64,000 bases of DNA from Sphingomonadaceae bacterium (GTDB taxonomy: Bacteria > Pseudomonadota > Alphaproteobacteria > Sphingomonadales > Sphingomonadaceae). The notes beneath the pieces are model-generated. The model made no database searches. It worked only from the letters and a program-made list of their open reading frames with translations, and was not told the DNA's origin. Both the position numbers and the translations under genes were made by a program. This document shows positions 28,520-38,058 of this stretch, piece after piece (the stretch's first letter is position 1; the number at the start of each line of letters is the position of its first letter). The stretch spans positions 7,773 through 71,772 of the forward strand of contig JANOOK010000012.1 of assembly GCA_031421275.1 (NCBI GenBank), in the 5' to 3' direction.

Positions 28520-30136
28520 ACGGAAGTTCACGCAACTGCGATAAAAAGCGGACCGGCGCGCGGCGACATTATCGCCGGGCTGTCCGTTGCGGGGCTGCTG
28601 CTGCCGGAAGCGGTCGCGTATGCCGCTATCGCCGGGCTGGTGCCGGGGCGGGCGATTACCGCCGCCATCGCCGGCTGCCTCGCTTATGCGATCGCCGGAC
28701 GCAGCCGTTTCGCGGTGGTTTCGCCGACCTCGTCCTCCGCGGCCATTCTCGCCGCGACGTTGGCGGCATTGCCCGGGTCCGCCGTCGACAAGGGCGCGAT
28801 GGCGACACTGGTCGTGTTGCTGTGCAGCGGCTGTTTTCTCGCGGCGTGGGTGCTGCGGCTCGGCGCGCTGACCGGCTTCATCGCACGTCCGGTGCTGCGG
28901 GGCTTCGCACTCGGGCTAGCCATCACGATCATCCTGAAGCAGCTGCCGGCGATCGCCGGGGTCAGGGTGCCGGCACCCGACCTGTATCATCTGCTGGCCG
29001 GGCTCGGGGCCACGTTCGCGCGCTGGAACATGCTGAGCATTGGCCTTGGAGCGGCTACCCTTGCGCTGCTGTTGGCATTGCGCCGGGTGCCGCAAGTGCC
29101 GGGCGCGCTGCTCGTCCTGATGGCGGGCATCGGCGTCGCGCTCGCGGTGCCGTTGCCCGGCGTCGCGGTGGTTGGCCCGACCGACATGGCGTTGGCGTTG
29201 CCGGCACTGCCGTCGTTCACCTGGGCACTTTATTCCCGTGCGGCGCAGTTCACGCTGCCGCTGGTGCTGATCCTGTTCGCCGAGAGCTGGGGAACGATGC
29301 GGGCGCTGGCGCTGCGCCACGGCGACAGCCTCGACGCGGGGCGCGAACTGCGGGCGCTCGGCGTCGCTAATCTCGCCAGCGCGGTGGTCTCGGGCATGCC
29401 GGTCGGCGCGGGCTTCTCGGGCGGCAACGCCAGCGAGAGCGCGGGTGCCTTGTCGCGTGCAACCGCCGTGGTTGCCGCACTTGGGCTCGCGGCCCTGATC
29501 GCCGCCGCCGGTCCGATGGTGGCGCGGCTGCCCGAGCCGGTGCTGGCCGTGGTGGTGATCGCCGCGCTTGTCCACGCGCTCGATCCTGCACCGCTGGTCC
29601 GGCTCTGGCGGCTGCGGCGCGACGGCGTGGTCGCGCTGGCAGCCGCGCTAGCGGTCCTCGCCTTCGGGGTGCTGAACGGCATGCTGATCGCGATCATGCT
29701 GTCGCTGGCCGCCTTGCTGCGCCGGCTGGCTACGCCGCACGTCGCGCAGCTCGGGCGGCTCGGCGACAGCCACGATTATGTCGATATCGCGCGGCACCCC
29801 GAAGCGCTGCATTTGCCCGGCATCGCCATCTGGCGTGCGGCCGAGCCGTTGTTTTTCGCCAATGCCGAACGCGTGCTCGGCATGATCGTCGCCCGGGGCG
29901 GCGGTGCGCCCGCGCTCATCGTCAGCCTCGAGGAGAGCGCCGACCTCGACAGCACCGCGCTCGATGCGCTGCTCGAATTCGATGCGGCCGCGGCCAGGCG
30001 CGGGGTCCGCGTCCAGCTGGCCCGCGCGCACGACCGGGTGCGCGACCTGCTGGCGCGGGCCGGTGCCGACGATCTCAACCGGCGCACCAGCTATAGCGTC
30101 GACGACGCCGTGCTGGCCATCACCACAGGAGACTGA
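28520..30136 (+). CDS. SulP family anion transporter with C-terminal STAS domain; apparent non-canonical ACG start at 28520
   Basis: Conserved GDIIAGLSVAGLLLPEAVAYAAIAG lies upstream of the first canonical start (GTG 28640); ELRALGVANL; STAS motifs PLFFANA and DLDSTALDAL. Confidence 0.85.
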   Translation, partial: TEVHATAIKSGPARGDIIAGLSVAGLLLPEAVAYAAIAGLVPGRAITAAIAGCLAYAIAGRSRFAVVSPTSSSAAILAATLAALPGSAVDKGAMATLVVLLCSGCFLAAWVLRLGALTGFIARPVLRGFALGLAITIILKQLPAIAGVRVPAPDLYHLLAGLGATFARWNMLSIGLGAATLALLLALRRVPQVPGALLVLMAGIGVALAVPLPGVAVVGPTDMALALPALPSFTWALYSRAAQFTLPLVLILFAESWGTMRALALRHGDSLDAGRELRALGVANLASAVVSGMPVGAGFSGGNASESAGALSRATAVVAALGLAALIAAAGPMVARLPEPVLAVVVIAALVHALDPAPLVRLWRLRRDGVVALAAALAVLAFGVLNGMLIAIMLSLAALLRRLATPHVAQLGRLGDSHDYVDIARHPEALHLPGIAIWRAAEPLFFANAERVLGMIVARGGGAPALIVSLEESADLDSTALDALLEFDAAAARRGVRVQLARAHDRVRDLLARAGADDLNRRTSYSVDDAVLAITTGD

Positions 30137-30138
30137 GC

Positions 30139-30756
30139 GTGCATCACCTCGAGCCCGAACTGCAGCCGATCGCGATCGCCGATCTGCGGCCGACGCAGAT
30201 GACGATCGGCGCGCGCGAGGTAGCGCGCAAGCGTGCCGTCTGGGCGAAACGCGCCGAGACCGACGGTCCGGCGTTTCTGGGACGTCACATGATTCCCGCG
30301 GTGTTCGGGCCAAAGCAGGCGCTGTTCATCATCGACCATCACCATCTCGTCCGCGCGCTGCACGAGGAGAATGTCGAACATGTGCTGGTCAGCGTCGTCG
30401 CCGACTTATCGAAGCTCAAGAAGCCGCTGTTCTGGACATTCATGGAGAACCGCAACTGGCTCCACCCGTACAATGCCGCCGGCGCGCGCGTGCCGCACGG
30501 CGACATCCCGAAGTCGATCGGCCAGCTCGCGGACGATCCTTATCGCAGTCTCGCCGGTGCGCTACGCGAGGCCGGGGGCTACGCCAAGGACCTGACCCCC
30601 TATGCCGAGTTCCTGTGGGCGGATTATCTGCGGCATCGGATCGGCGCCAAGTCGCTCGGCAACGACTTCGATGCTGCGGTCGGCAAGGCGCTCGAACTGG
30701 CGCGGACGCCCAGCGCCAATTACCTGCCGGGCTGGTGCGGACCCGCCGGCGGCTGA
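30139..30756 (+). CDS. ParB-like (ParB/sulfiredoxin-fold, ParBc_2-type) protein
   Basis: IADLRPTQMTIG, IIDHHHL, LADDPYRSLAG, PYAEFLWADYLR, YLPGW; GGAGA SD, 2 nt after the sulP stop. Confidence 0.8.
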   Translation: MHHLEPELQPIAIADLRPTQMTIGAREVARKRAVWAKRAETDGPAFLGRHMIPAVFGPKQALFIIDHHHLVRALHEENVEHVLVSVVADLSKLKKPLFWTFMENRNWLHPYNAAGARVPHGDIPKSIGQLADDPYRSLAGALREAGGYAKDLTPYAEFLWADYLRHRIGAKSLGNDFDAAVGKALELARTPSANYLPGWCGPAGG

Positions 30757-30960
30757 GTTGCCGCCTTCGTCGGCCTCGGCGGCTGTGCGCGCAATCCACG
30801 ACCCGTCCACGAAGATGCGGTTGCCGCCGCGCGATCGTCTGGGCTAGACGCTTCGATCACCGGCGAGCCCCGCGATCGGCGATGCCGGTGGCGGGCGCGG
30901 TCGTTACGTCGCCTGCTTCGTGCGCGATAACCGATCGTGCTGACCGCAATGGAGACCGGC

Positions 30961-31389
30961 ATGCGCCAGATTACGCTCGACGACGCGAACGCCGTGATCG
31001 CCGCGGCGTTGAGCCGGGCGGCGGAGCTCGGGTTGAAGCCGCTGAGCGTCGCGGTGCTCGATGCGGGCGGGCACTTGCTGGCGTTGCAGCGGCAGGACGG
31101 CGCGTCGATGCTGCGGCCGCAGATTGCGATCGCCAAGGCGTCGGGCGCGCTGGCGCTCGGCGTGTCGAGCCGCAAGATCGGCGAGATGGCGGCGGACCGC
31201 GCCACGTTCGTCGCGTCGCTCGGGCCGATTTCGCCGGATGGTGTCGTGCCGGCGGCGGGCGGCGTGATCGTCGTCGACGCGCATGGCAGCGTGCTTGGCG
31301 CGGTTGGCGTCACCGGCGATACTTCCGATAACGACGAGGTCTGCGCGTTGGCCGGGCTTGCCGCCGCCGGGCTGACCCCACAAAGGTGA
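30961..31389 (+). CDS. glcG: GlcG/HbpS family heme-binding protein
   Basis: [39 protein letters not shown]; directly upstream of glcB. Confidence 0.85.
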   Translation: MRQITLDDANAVIAAALSRAAELGLKPLSVAVLDAGGHLLALQRQDGASMLRPQIAIAKASGALALGVSSRKIGEMAADRATFVASLGPISPDGVVPAAGGVIVVDAHGSVLGAVGVTGDTSDNDEVCALAGLAAAGLTPQR

Positions 31390-31396
31390 TGGACGC

Positions 31397-33532
31397 ATGA
31401 TGACCGGGATGATCGACAAGGCCGGGTTGCAGGTCGCGACGCCGCTGGCCCGCTTCGTCGATGAGCAGGTGCTGCCCGGCCTCGGGATCGAACCGGGCGG
31501 CTGGTGGGCGGGCGTCGCCGCCATCTTCGCGCGCTTCGCCCCCGAGAATGCGACGCTGCTGCGGACCCGCGACGACATCCAGTCGCAGATCGACGCGTGG
31601 CATCTCGAGCGCCAAGGCCGGCCGCTCGACGCCACCATCTACCGCCGGTTCCTGACCGATATCGGCTATCTCAGCCCCGAGCCGGCGGCGTTCCGGATCG
31701 GCACGGCAAACGTCGATGCGGAGATCGCGACGATGGCCGGACCGCAGCTGGTCGTGCCCGCGCTCAACGCGCGCTTCGTGCTCAATGCTGCGAACGCGCG
31801 CTGGGGCAGCCTGTACGATGCGCTGTACGGCACTGATGCGCTGCCCGGAACCGCCGCAGCGGGCGGCTATGACGCGGCCCGCGGCGAGCAGGTCATCGCG
31901 CGCGCCAAGGCCTTTCTCGACGCGGCGGTGCCGCTCGTCGGCGGATCATGGGCCAGCTTCGCAGGGGGCGAGCCTGTCTTGCGCGACCCCGGCCAGCTGA
32001 TCGGCCGGGCCGGCGGGTCGTGGCTGTTCGTGCACAACGGCCTGCACATCGAGGTCGTCGTCGACCGCCAACACCGCATCGGGCGGACCGATCCGGCGGG
32101 CATCGCCGACGTCGTGCTCGAGGCGGCGCTGACCACCATCGTCGACCTTGAAGACTCGATCGCCGCGGTCGACGCCGACGACAAGGTCGCGGCCTATACG
32201 AATTGGCTCGGGCTGATGCGCGGCGATTTGGCGGAAACTTTCGACAAAGGCGGCAAGCCGATGACGCGGCGGCTGGCTGCCGACCGGCACTATACCGCCA
32301 GCGACGGCACCGCCTTCACCCTGCCCGGCCGCAGCGTGCTGTTCGTGCGCAACGTCGGCCATCTGATGACCACTCCGGCGGTGCTGGTGGACGGCGCCGA
32401 GGCTCCCGAAGGTATCCTCGACGCGGTGATGACCAGCACGATCGCGCTCTACGACCTGAAGGCGCTCGGGAGCCTGCGCAACAGCCGCGCGGGCTCGATG
32501 TACATCGTCAAGCCCAAGATGCACGGGCCCGCCGAGGCCGCGTTCACCGACCGGCTGTTCGACGCCGTCGAGGACCTGCTCGGCCTCGCCCGCCACACGA
32601 TCAAGGTCGGCGTCATGGACGAGGAGCGCCGCACCTCGGCGAACCTCGCCGCGACGATCCATGCGGTGCAGGGCCGTATCGCCTTCATCAACACCGGCTT
32701 TCTCGACCGCACCGGCGACGAGATCCACACCAGTATGCAAGCGGGCGCGATGCTGCCCAAGGCCGAGATCAAGGGCACGCCGTGGATCAAGGCGTATGAG
32801 GACCGCAATGTCCGCATCGGCCTCGCCTGCGGGCTGGCGGGCAAGGCGCAGATCGGCAAGGGCATGTGGGCCGCCCCCGACCGCATGGCCAACATGTTGG
32901 AGCAGAAGATCGCGCACCCGCAGTCGGGAGCCAATACCGCATGGGTGCCGTCGCCGACCGCAGCGACGCTGCACGCGCTACATTATCATCAGGTCGACGT
33001 GTTCGCGCGGCAGCGGAGCATCGCGACCGAGGCGGTGCCGGGCCTCGACGGGCTGCTGACGATCCCGCTGGCGCTGGGCCGCAACTGGACACCCGACGAA
33101 GTCGCGCGCGAGCTCGACAACAACGTCCAGGGCCTGCTCGGCTATGTCGTGCGCTGGATCGATCAGGGCATCGGCTGCTCTAAGGTCCCCGACATCGACG
33201 ACGTCGGGCTGATGGAGGACCGCGCGACGCTGCGGATTTCGTCGCAGCATATGGCGAACTGGCTGCTGCACGGGGTCGCGACGACGGCGGATGTCGACGC
33301 GGCGTTCGCCCGCATGGCGGCGAAGGTCGACGCACAGAATGCCGGTGATCCGCTGTATCGCCCGCTCACCGAAGGCAGCATCGCGCTCAAGGCCGCACGC
33401 GCGCTGGTCTTCGAGGGCGCCATGCAACCGAACGGCTACACCGAGCCGCTGCTACACCGCTTCCGGGCCGAAGCGAAGGCGGCGCACTCACCTACACCGT
33501 CATCCCCGCGAACGCGGGGACCCATCTCCTGA
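31397..33532 (+). CDS. glcB: Malate synthase G, C-terminus extended into a REP element
   Basis: [81 protein letters not shown]. Confidence 0.97.
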   Translation: MMTGMIDKAGLQVATPLARFVDEQVLPGLGIEPGGWWAGVAAIFARFAPENATLLRTRDDIQSQIDAWHLERQGRPLDATIYRRFLTDIGYLSPEPAAFRIGTANVDAEIATMAGPQLVVPALNARFVLNAANARWGSLYDALYGTDALPGTAAAGGYDAARGEQVIARAKAFLDAAVPLVGGSWASFAGGEPVLRDPGQLIGRAGGSWLFVHNGLHIEVVVDRQHRIGRTDPAGIADVVLEAALTTIVDLEDSIAAVDADDKVAAYTNWLGLMRGDLAETFDKGGKPMTRRLAADRHYTASDGTAFTLPGRSVLFVRNVGHLMTTPAVLVDGAEAPEGILDAVMTSTIALYDLKALGSLRNSRAGSMYIVKPKMHGPAEAAFTDRLFDAVEDLLGLARHTIKVGVMDEERRTSANLAATIHAVQGRIAFINTGFLDRTGDEIHTSMQAGAMLPKAEIKGTPWIKAYEDRNVRIGLACGLAGKAQIGKGMWAAPDRMANMLEQKIAHPQSGANTAWVPSPTAATLHALHYHQVDVFARQRSIATEAVPGLDGLLTIPLALGRNWTPDEVARELDNNVQGLLGYVVRWIDQGIGCSKVPDIDDVGLMEDRATLRISSQHMANWLLHGVATTADVDAAFARMAAKVDAQNAGDPLYRPLTEGSIALKAARALVFEGAMQPNGYTEPLLHRFRAEAKAAHSPTPSSPRTRGPIS

Positions 33533-33573
33533 TGCTGCCGGAGATGGGTCCCCGCGTTCGCGGGGATGACGGT
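33496..33573. repeat. REPIN-like long inverted repeat, copy 3 (perfect 34-bp arms, 10-nt loop)
   Basis: ACCGTCATCCCCGCGAACGCGGGGACCCATCTCC / GGAGATGGGTCCCCGCGTTCGCGGGGATGACGGT; between convergent glcB and the permease. Confidence 0.92.
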
Positions 33574-33593
33574 TCACCGCATGTTGTACTTCG

Positions 33594-35225
33594 CTAAGCC
33601 GGGATCACCCCCGGAAAGACATATTGCTGCAGCACGACCAGCGCGCCGAGCACCACCGTCAGGACGATGCTGTGCTTGAAGGTGCGCGCGAAGACGACGC
33701 CCTCCTGGCCCTTGAGGTTGGTCACCGCGACGCCGGTGGCGATGTTCTGCGGCGAGATCATCTTGCCCATGACGCCGCCCGACGAGTTGGTCGCCGCCAT
33801 CAGCACCGGGCTGAGCCCGAGCTGGTTCGCGGCGACGACCTGGAGGTTGCCGAACAGCGCGTTGCCCGAGGTGTCGCTGCCCGACAGGAACACCGCCAGC
33901 CAGCCTAAGAACGGCGACAGCAGCGGGAACAGCAGCCCGACCGAGGCCGCGCCCAGCCCCAACGTGTAGTTCATCCCCGAATAGTTCATCAGATACGCCA
34001 GCCCGATGATCAGCGCGACGGTGAGGATGGCGATCCGCGCCTGCCGCCACGTCTGGACGACGCAGCCGATGAAGCGCCCCGCACCGACGCCGACGACCGC
34101 CGCCGTCGAGATCGCCGCGAGCAGGATCGCGGTTCCGGTCGCCAGCGGCTGGAACGTCCACACCGCGGCGTAGGGCTTGTTCTTGTAGAGCGTGATCGAC
34201 ACCGCATTGTGCAGCCCCGGCCAGTTGATCTTGTGCTGGCCGATCTCGAACACCTTGAAGTGCGTCCACAGGATGACGACCGCCGAGACCAGGATCCACG
34301 GCAGCCAGCCCTGCCACGCCGGGATCGGGCCGCGTGCGGTCGCGCCGGCGTGCGCTGTGCCGGGGGGCGTCGCCGCCCTGCCACCCTGCAGCATGAACTC
34401 GGGATCGGGAACCGGTGACCAGACCCGCAGGAACAGCAACGTCGCGACCAGCGCCGCCAGCGACGAGAACACGTCGGTCAGCGCATAATCGAGGTAGTTC
34501 GACGAGACGAACTGCGCGATGCCGAAGCTGGCCCCGGCGACCAGCAGCACCGGCCACAATACCCGGACCGAGCGCATGCCGCCGTAAACCGCGATGACGT
34601 AGAACGGCAGCAGCAGCGCGAGGAACGGCAGCTGCCGGCCGATCATCGCGCCGAGTGTCGCCGCCGGCAGCCCGGTGACCTGGCCGAGCACCGTCACCGG
34701 CGCGCCGAGCGCGCCGAAGGCGACCGGCGCGGTGTTGAAGATCAGCGTGAAGGTCAGCGCCTCGATCGGCTTGAAGCCGATCAGGATGAGCAGCGCGCTG
34801 GTGATCGCGACCGGCGTGCCGAACCCCGAGACGCCTTCGAGCAAGCAGCCGAAGCAGAAGCCGACGACGACGAGGATGACCCGGCGGTCGTTGGGCAGAT
34901 TGTCCATGATCCAGTCGCGAAACGCATCGAAGCGCCCCGAAACAACCGCGATATTATAGAGCAGCAGCGCGTTGAAGACGATCCACATCACCGGCCACAG
35001 CGCAAACGTGCTGCCCGCCGCGATCGCGTCGAAGGCGAGAGCCGGGGGCAGCTTCCAGACGAGGATGGCGATGATCAGCCCGACGATCAGCCCGCCGAGC
35101 GACGCCTGCCACGCCGGACGGCGCAGCACGCCGAGCATGACCAGCACGGTGGCGATCGGCAGCGCGGCGGTAATGAACGACAGCGGCAGGCTATCGGCGA
35201 CAGGCGTCAGAAGCTGGCTGAACAT
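33594..35225 (-). CDS. L-lactate/glycolate permease (LctP family, GlcA-like)
   Basis: LLEGVSGFGTPVAI, NTAPVAFGALG, FLSGSDTSGNALFG, GGVMGKMISPQNI. Confidence 0.92.
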   Translation of the reverse strand: MFSQLLTPVADSLPLSFITAALPIATVLVMLGVLRRPAWQASLGGLIVGLIIAILVWKLPPALAFDAIAAGSTFALWPVMWIVFNALLLYNIAVVSGRFDAFRDWIMDNLPNDRRVILVVVGFCFGCLLEGVSGFGTPVAITSALLILIGFKPIEALTFTLIFNTAPVAFGALGAPVTVLGQVTGLPAATLGAMIGRQLPFLALLLPFYVIAVYGGMRSVRVLWPVLLVAGASFGIAQFVSSNYLDYALTDVFSSLAALVATLLFLRVWSPVPDPEFMLQGGRAATPPGTAHAGATARGPIPAWQGWLPWILVSAVVILWTHFKVFEIGQHKINWPGLHNAVSITLYKNKPYAAVWTFQPLATGTAILLAAISTAAVVGVGAGRFIGCVVQTWRQARIAILTVALIIGLAYLMNYSGMNYTLGLGAASVGLLFPLLSPFLGWLAVFLSGSDTSGNALFGNLQVVAANQLGLSPVLMAATNSSGGVMGKMISPQNIATGVAVTNLKGQEGVVFARTFKHSIVLTVVLGALVVLQQYVFPGVIPA

Positions 35226-35277
35226 CGATCATCCCCCGTTATCAATGATACTAGCGCCATTTGCATTGAGATCGAAA

Positions 35278-35362
35278 TTAACCTCGCTCATCCCGAGCGA
35301 AGTCGAGGGACCTGCCCGGAGATTGTGCGTCCCTCGACTTCGCTCGGGATGAGCGAGGTTAA
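35278..35362. repeat. Second-family long inverted repeat (perfect 34-bp arms, 17-nt loop, TTAA at both ends)
   Basis: TTAACCTCGCTCATCCCGAGCGAAGTCGAGGGAC / GTCCCTCGACTTCGCTCGGGATGAGCGAGGTTAA. Confidence 0.9.
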
Positions 35363-35411
35363 AGGTTCGAATTGGCTACAGGACCGAGCGTCGGGTTGTT
35401 TGCCGGATACG

Positions 35412-36692
35412 TCAAGCGCCGATTGCGGCGGGTCTCGGACCCCCGGTCGCCCAGTCGAGCAGCTCGACGGTGTGGACCACCGGCACCGGCGCGGCGCTCA
35501 GCTGGGTGATGCAGCCGATGTTACCCGCGGCGATCAGCTCGGGCGCGGTCAGCGCGATATTGGCGAGCTTGCGGTCGCGTAAGCGCCCGGCGATCTCGGG
35601 CTGCAGCAGATTGTAGGTCCCCGCCGAGCCGCAGCACAGATGCCCCTCGGGCACGTCGATCACCGCGAAGCCGGCGGCGGCGAGCAACGCCTTGGGCGCG
35701 TCGCGGACCTGCTGTCCGTGCTGCAGCGAGCAGGCGCTGTGATAGGCGACCCGCTGCCCGGTGGCGACGACGGGGGCCCGCAGCCCGATCTCGGCCATCA
35801 GCTCGGTGATGTCGCGGGTCAGCGCCGACACCGCCCGCGCCGGACCGGCCAGCGCGGGGTCGTCTCGAAACAGGAAGCCATAGTCCTTGACCGTCGTCCC
35901 GCACCCCGACGTGTTGACGACGACCGCATCGAGCCCGGCCCCGTCGATCTCGCGGCTCCACGCGGCGATGTTGGCGCGGGCGGCGCTATCGCCGCTCTGC
36001 CCGAGGTGATGGGTCAGCGCGCCGCAGCAGCCCGCACCGCGCGCCACCACGACCTCGCAGCCGTGCCGGGTGAGCAGGCGCACCGTCGCCTCGTTGATCG
36101 CCGGGGCAAGCACCTGCTGCGCGCAGCCGGTCAGCAGCGCCACCCGCCGCCGCGGCGCGCCGACGGCGGCGAAGACCTGCGGCCGGTCACCCGGCGACGC
36201 TGCCGGGATGCGCGCCGGGGCGAGCGCGAGCATGGCGCGCAGCGGCGCGGGCAGCAGGCGCGCCAGCGGCTTCGCGACGACCGCGCCGCGCAACGCCCAG
36301 CGGAACAGCGCCGGGCGCGGCAGTACGAGGCCGAGCAGCCGCCGCAGCATCCGGTCGGGCCACGGGCGCACGTACGTCGCCTCGATATGCGCCCTCGCAT
36401 GGTCGACGAGGTGCATGTAATTGACCCCCGACGGACACGTCGTCATGCAGGCGAGGCACGACAGGCAGCGGTCGACGTGCTTGACCACCGGCGCCGTCGC
36501 CGGGCGGTCGTTCTCGAGCATGTCCTTGATCAGATAGATGCGCCCGCGCGGGCTATCGAGCTCGTCGCCGAGCAGCGCATAGGTCGGGCAGGTCGCGGTG
36601 CAAAAGCCGCAATGGACGCAGGCGCGGATGATCTTCGCGGATTCGGCGGTGTCGCTGTCGGCGAGCTGCGCGGGGGTGAAGTTGGTCTGCAT
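35412..36692 (-). CDS. glcF: Glycolate oxidase iron-sulfur subunit
   Basis: MQTNF, CVHCGFCTATCPTY, DSPRGRIYL, CLSCLACMTTCPSGV and two CCG domains. Confidence 0.96.
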   Translation of the reverse strand: MQTNFTPAQLADSDTAESAKIIRACVHCGFCTATCPTYALLGDELDSPRGRIYLIKDMLENDRPATAPVVKHVDRCLSCLACMTTCPSGVNYMHLVDHARAHIEATYVRPWPDRMLRRLLGLVLPRPALFRWALRGAVVAKPLARLLPAPLRAMLALAPARIPAASPGDRPQVFAAVGAPRRRVALLTGCAQQVLAPAINEATVRLLTRHGCEVVVARGAGCCGALTHHLGQSGDSAARANIAAWSREIDGAGLDAVVVNTSGCGTTVKDYGFLFRDDPALAGPARAVSALTRDITELMAEIGLRAPVVATGQRVAYHSACSLQHGQQVRDAPKALLAAAGFAVIDVPEGHLCCGSAGTYNLLQPEIAGRLRDRKLANIALTAPELIAAGNIGCITQLSAAPVPVVHTVELLDWATGGPRPAAIGA

Positions 36693-36728
36693 GAGTTAGC
36701 GCCCGATGAATTTATGTCGAACTATTCC

Positions 36729-36810
36729 TGTCATTCCGGCGAAGGCCGGAACCCATGACCTCAAATCTCGACGAGTGAGGTCATGGCTTCCGGCGTTCGC
36801 CGGAATGACA
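36729..36810. repeat. REPIN-like long inverted repeat, copy 4
   Basis: TGTCATTCCGGCGAAGGCCGGAACCCATGACCTCA ... TGAGGTCATGGCTTCCGGCGTTCGCCGGAATGACA between glcE and glcF. Confidence 0.88.
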
Positions 36811-36840
36811 AAAGGAGCTTCGGCCTGATCGCATCATGAA

Positions 36841-38058
36841 TTATTGCCCTTGCTGCGTGCGGCCGGGGTTGAGGATACCGAGCGGGTCGAAACTCGCCTT
36901 GACGCGCTGGTGCAGCGCCGCAAGCGCGCCCGTCGCGGGCTGGAATACGGCTACCTCGGCGCGCGTCACCGCCGGGGCGCGCATCAGCGTCGCATGGCCG
37001 CCGCACGCCGCGAGCGCGGCCCGGATGACGCCCGCGCCGCAGTCTTCGCCAGCCGCAGCGTCGAGCGCCAGCCAGATAAGGCCGCCGCCCCAGTCGTAAA
37101 GCACCTCCGCCGCCAGCCGCTCGCGGAGGCGCGCGACCAGCATGGCGGCAGCCGATGGCGTCGGGCACAGCCGCCAGACGGTCGCCTCGGGCGGGGCGAC
37201 CAGCGGCGCGGCGGCGGCGATCTCGTGCCATAAAGCGACGCTCGCGGCTTCGTCCAAACGCTCGCTCCCATCGAACATCGTGGCAAGCTGGCCGCGCCGG
37301 TAGTCGATCGAGGGTTGCGGACCTTCGAGCCGCAGCACCGTAACCGCGGCGGCGGCGTTGCCGGCGCGCGCCAGCGTCGGCGACCGCGCCGCGACATTCG
37401 CGGGCAGATGCGCCGCCGCCGACACTTCATGCGGCGAGTTCAGCGCGGCCGCCATCGCTGTGATCGCCGCGGCGTCGGTCAGCCCGCGCAGCACGAGGCT
37501 GCAGCTCGCCGGCGGCCGCGGCAGCACCTTGACCGTGATCTCGGTCAGCACCGACAGCGTCCCATAGGCACCCGCCTGCAGCTTACACATGTCGTAGCCG
37601 GTGACGTTCTTCACGACCCGGCCGCCGGCTTTCCATGGCTCGCCGCGGCCGTTGATCGCCGCGAAGCCGAGGAAGTGGTCGCGCGCGGCGCCGGCGCGGA
37701 CCCGGCGCGGCCCGGCCATGTTGCACGCGATGATCCCGCCGAGCGTCGGCGCGGCATTGCGCGGCAGCAGCGCGCTCCAGTCGGGCGGCTCGAACGCCAG
37801 CATCTGGCGCTGGTCATCGAGCGCCGCCGCGATTTCGGCCAGCGGGGTCGCCGCCGCCGCGGTCAGCACCAGCTCGGACGGGTCGTAGTCGACGATGCCG
37901 CGCAATGCCGCGAGGTCGAGCACATCGTCGGTGGTCGTGGCGCGGCCGAGCGCGCGCTTGCTGCCGCCGCCGACGATCTCGAGCGTCCGTCCCGCCGCCG
38001 CTGCCGCCCGCACCATCGCCGCGGCCTCGTCGGCCCCGGCGGGGCCTAGCCATGTCAA
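36841..38058 (-). CDS. glcE: Glycolate oxidase FAD-binding subunit
   Basis: GIVDYDPSELV, QMLAFEPPD, GPRRVRAGAARDH, GGRVVKNVTGYD, DWGGGLIW, FDPLGILNPGR; TTG start overlaps the glcD stop. Confidence 0.92.
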   Translation of the reverse strand: MTWLGPAGADEAAAMVRAAAAAGRTLEIVGGGSKRALGRATTTDDVLDLAALRGIVDYDPSELVLTAAAATPLAEIAAALDDQRQMLAFEPPDWSALLPRNAAPTLGGIIACNMAGPRRVRAGAARDHFLGFAAINGRGEPWKAGGRVVKNVTGYDMCKLQAGAYGTLSVLTEITVKVLPRPPASCSLVLRGLTDAAAITAMAAALNSPHEVSAAAHLPANVAARSPTLARAGNAAAAVTVLRLEGPQPSIDYRRGQLATMFDGSERLDEAASVALWHEIAAAAPLVAPPEATVWRLCPTPSAAAMLVARLRERLAAEVLYDWGGGLIWLALDAAAGEDCGAGVIRAALAACGGHATLMRAPAVTRAEVAVFQPATGALAALHQRVKASFDPLGILNPGRTQQGQ

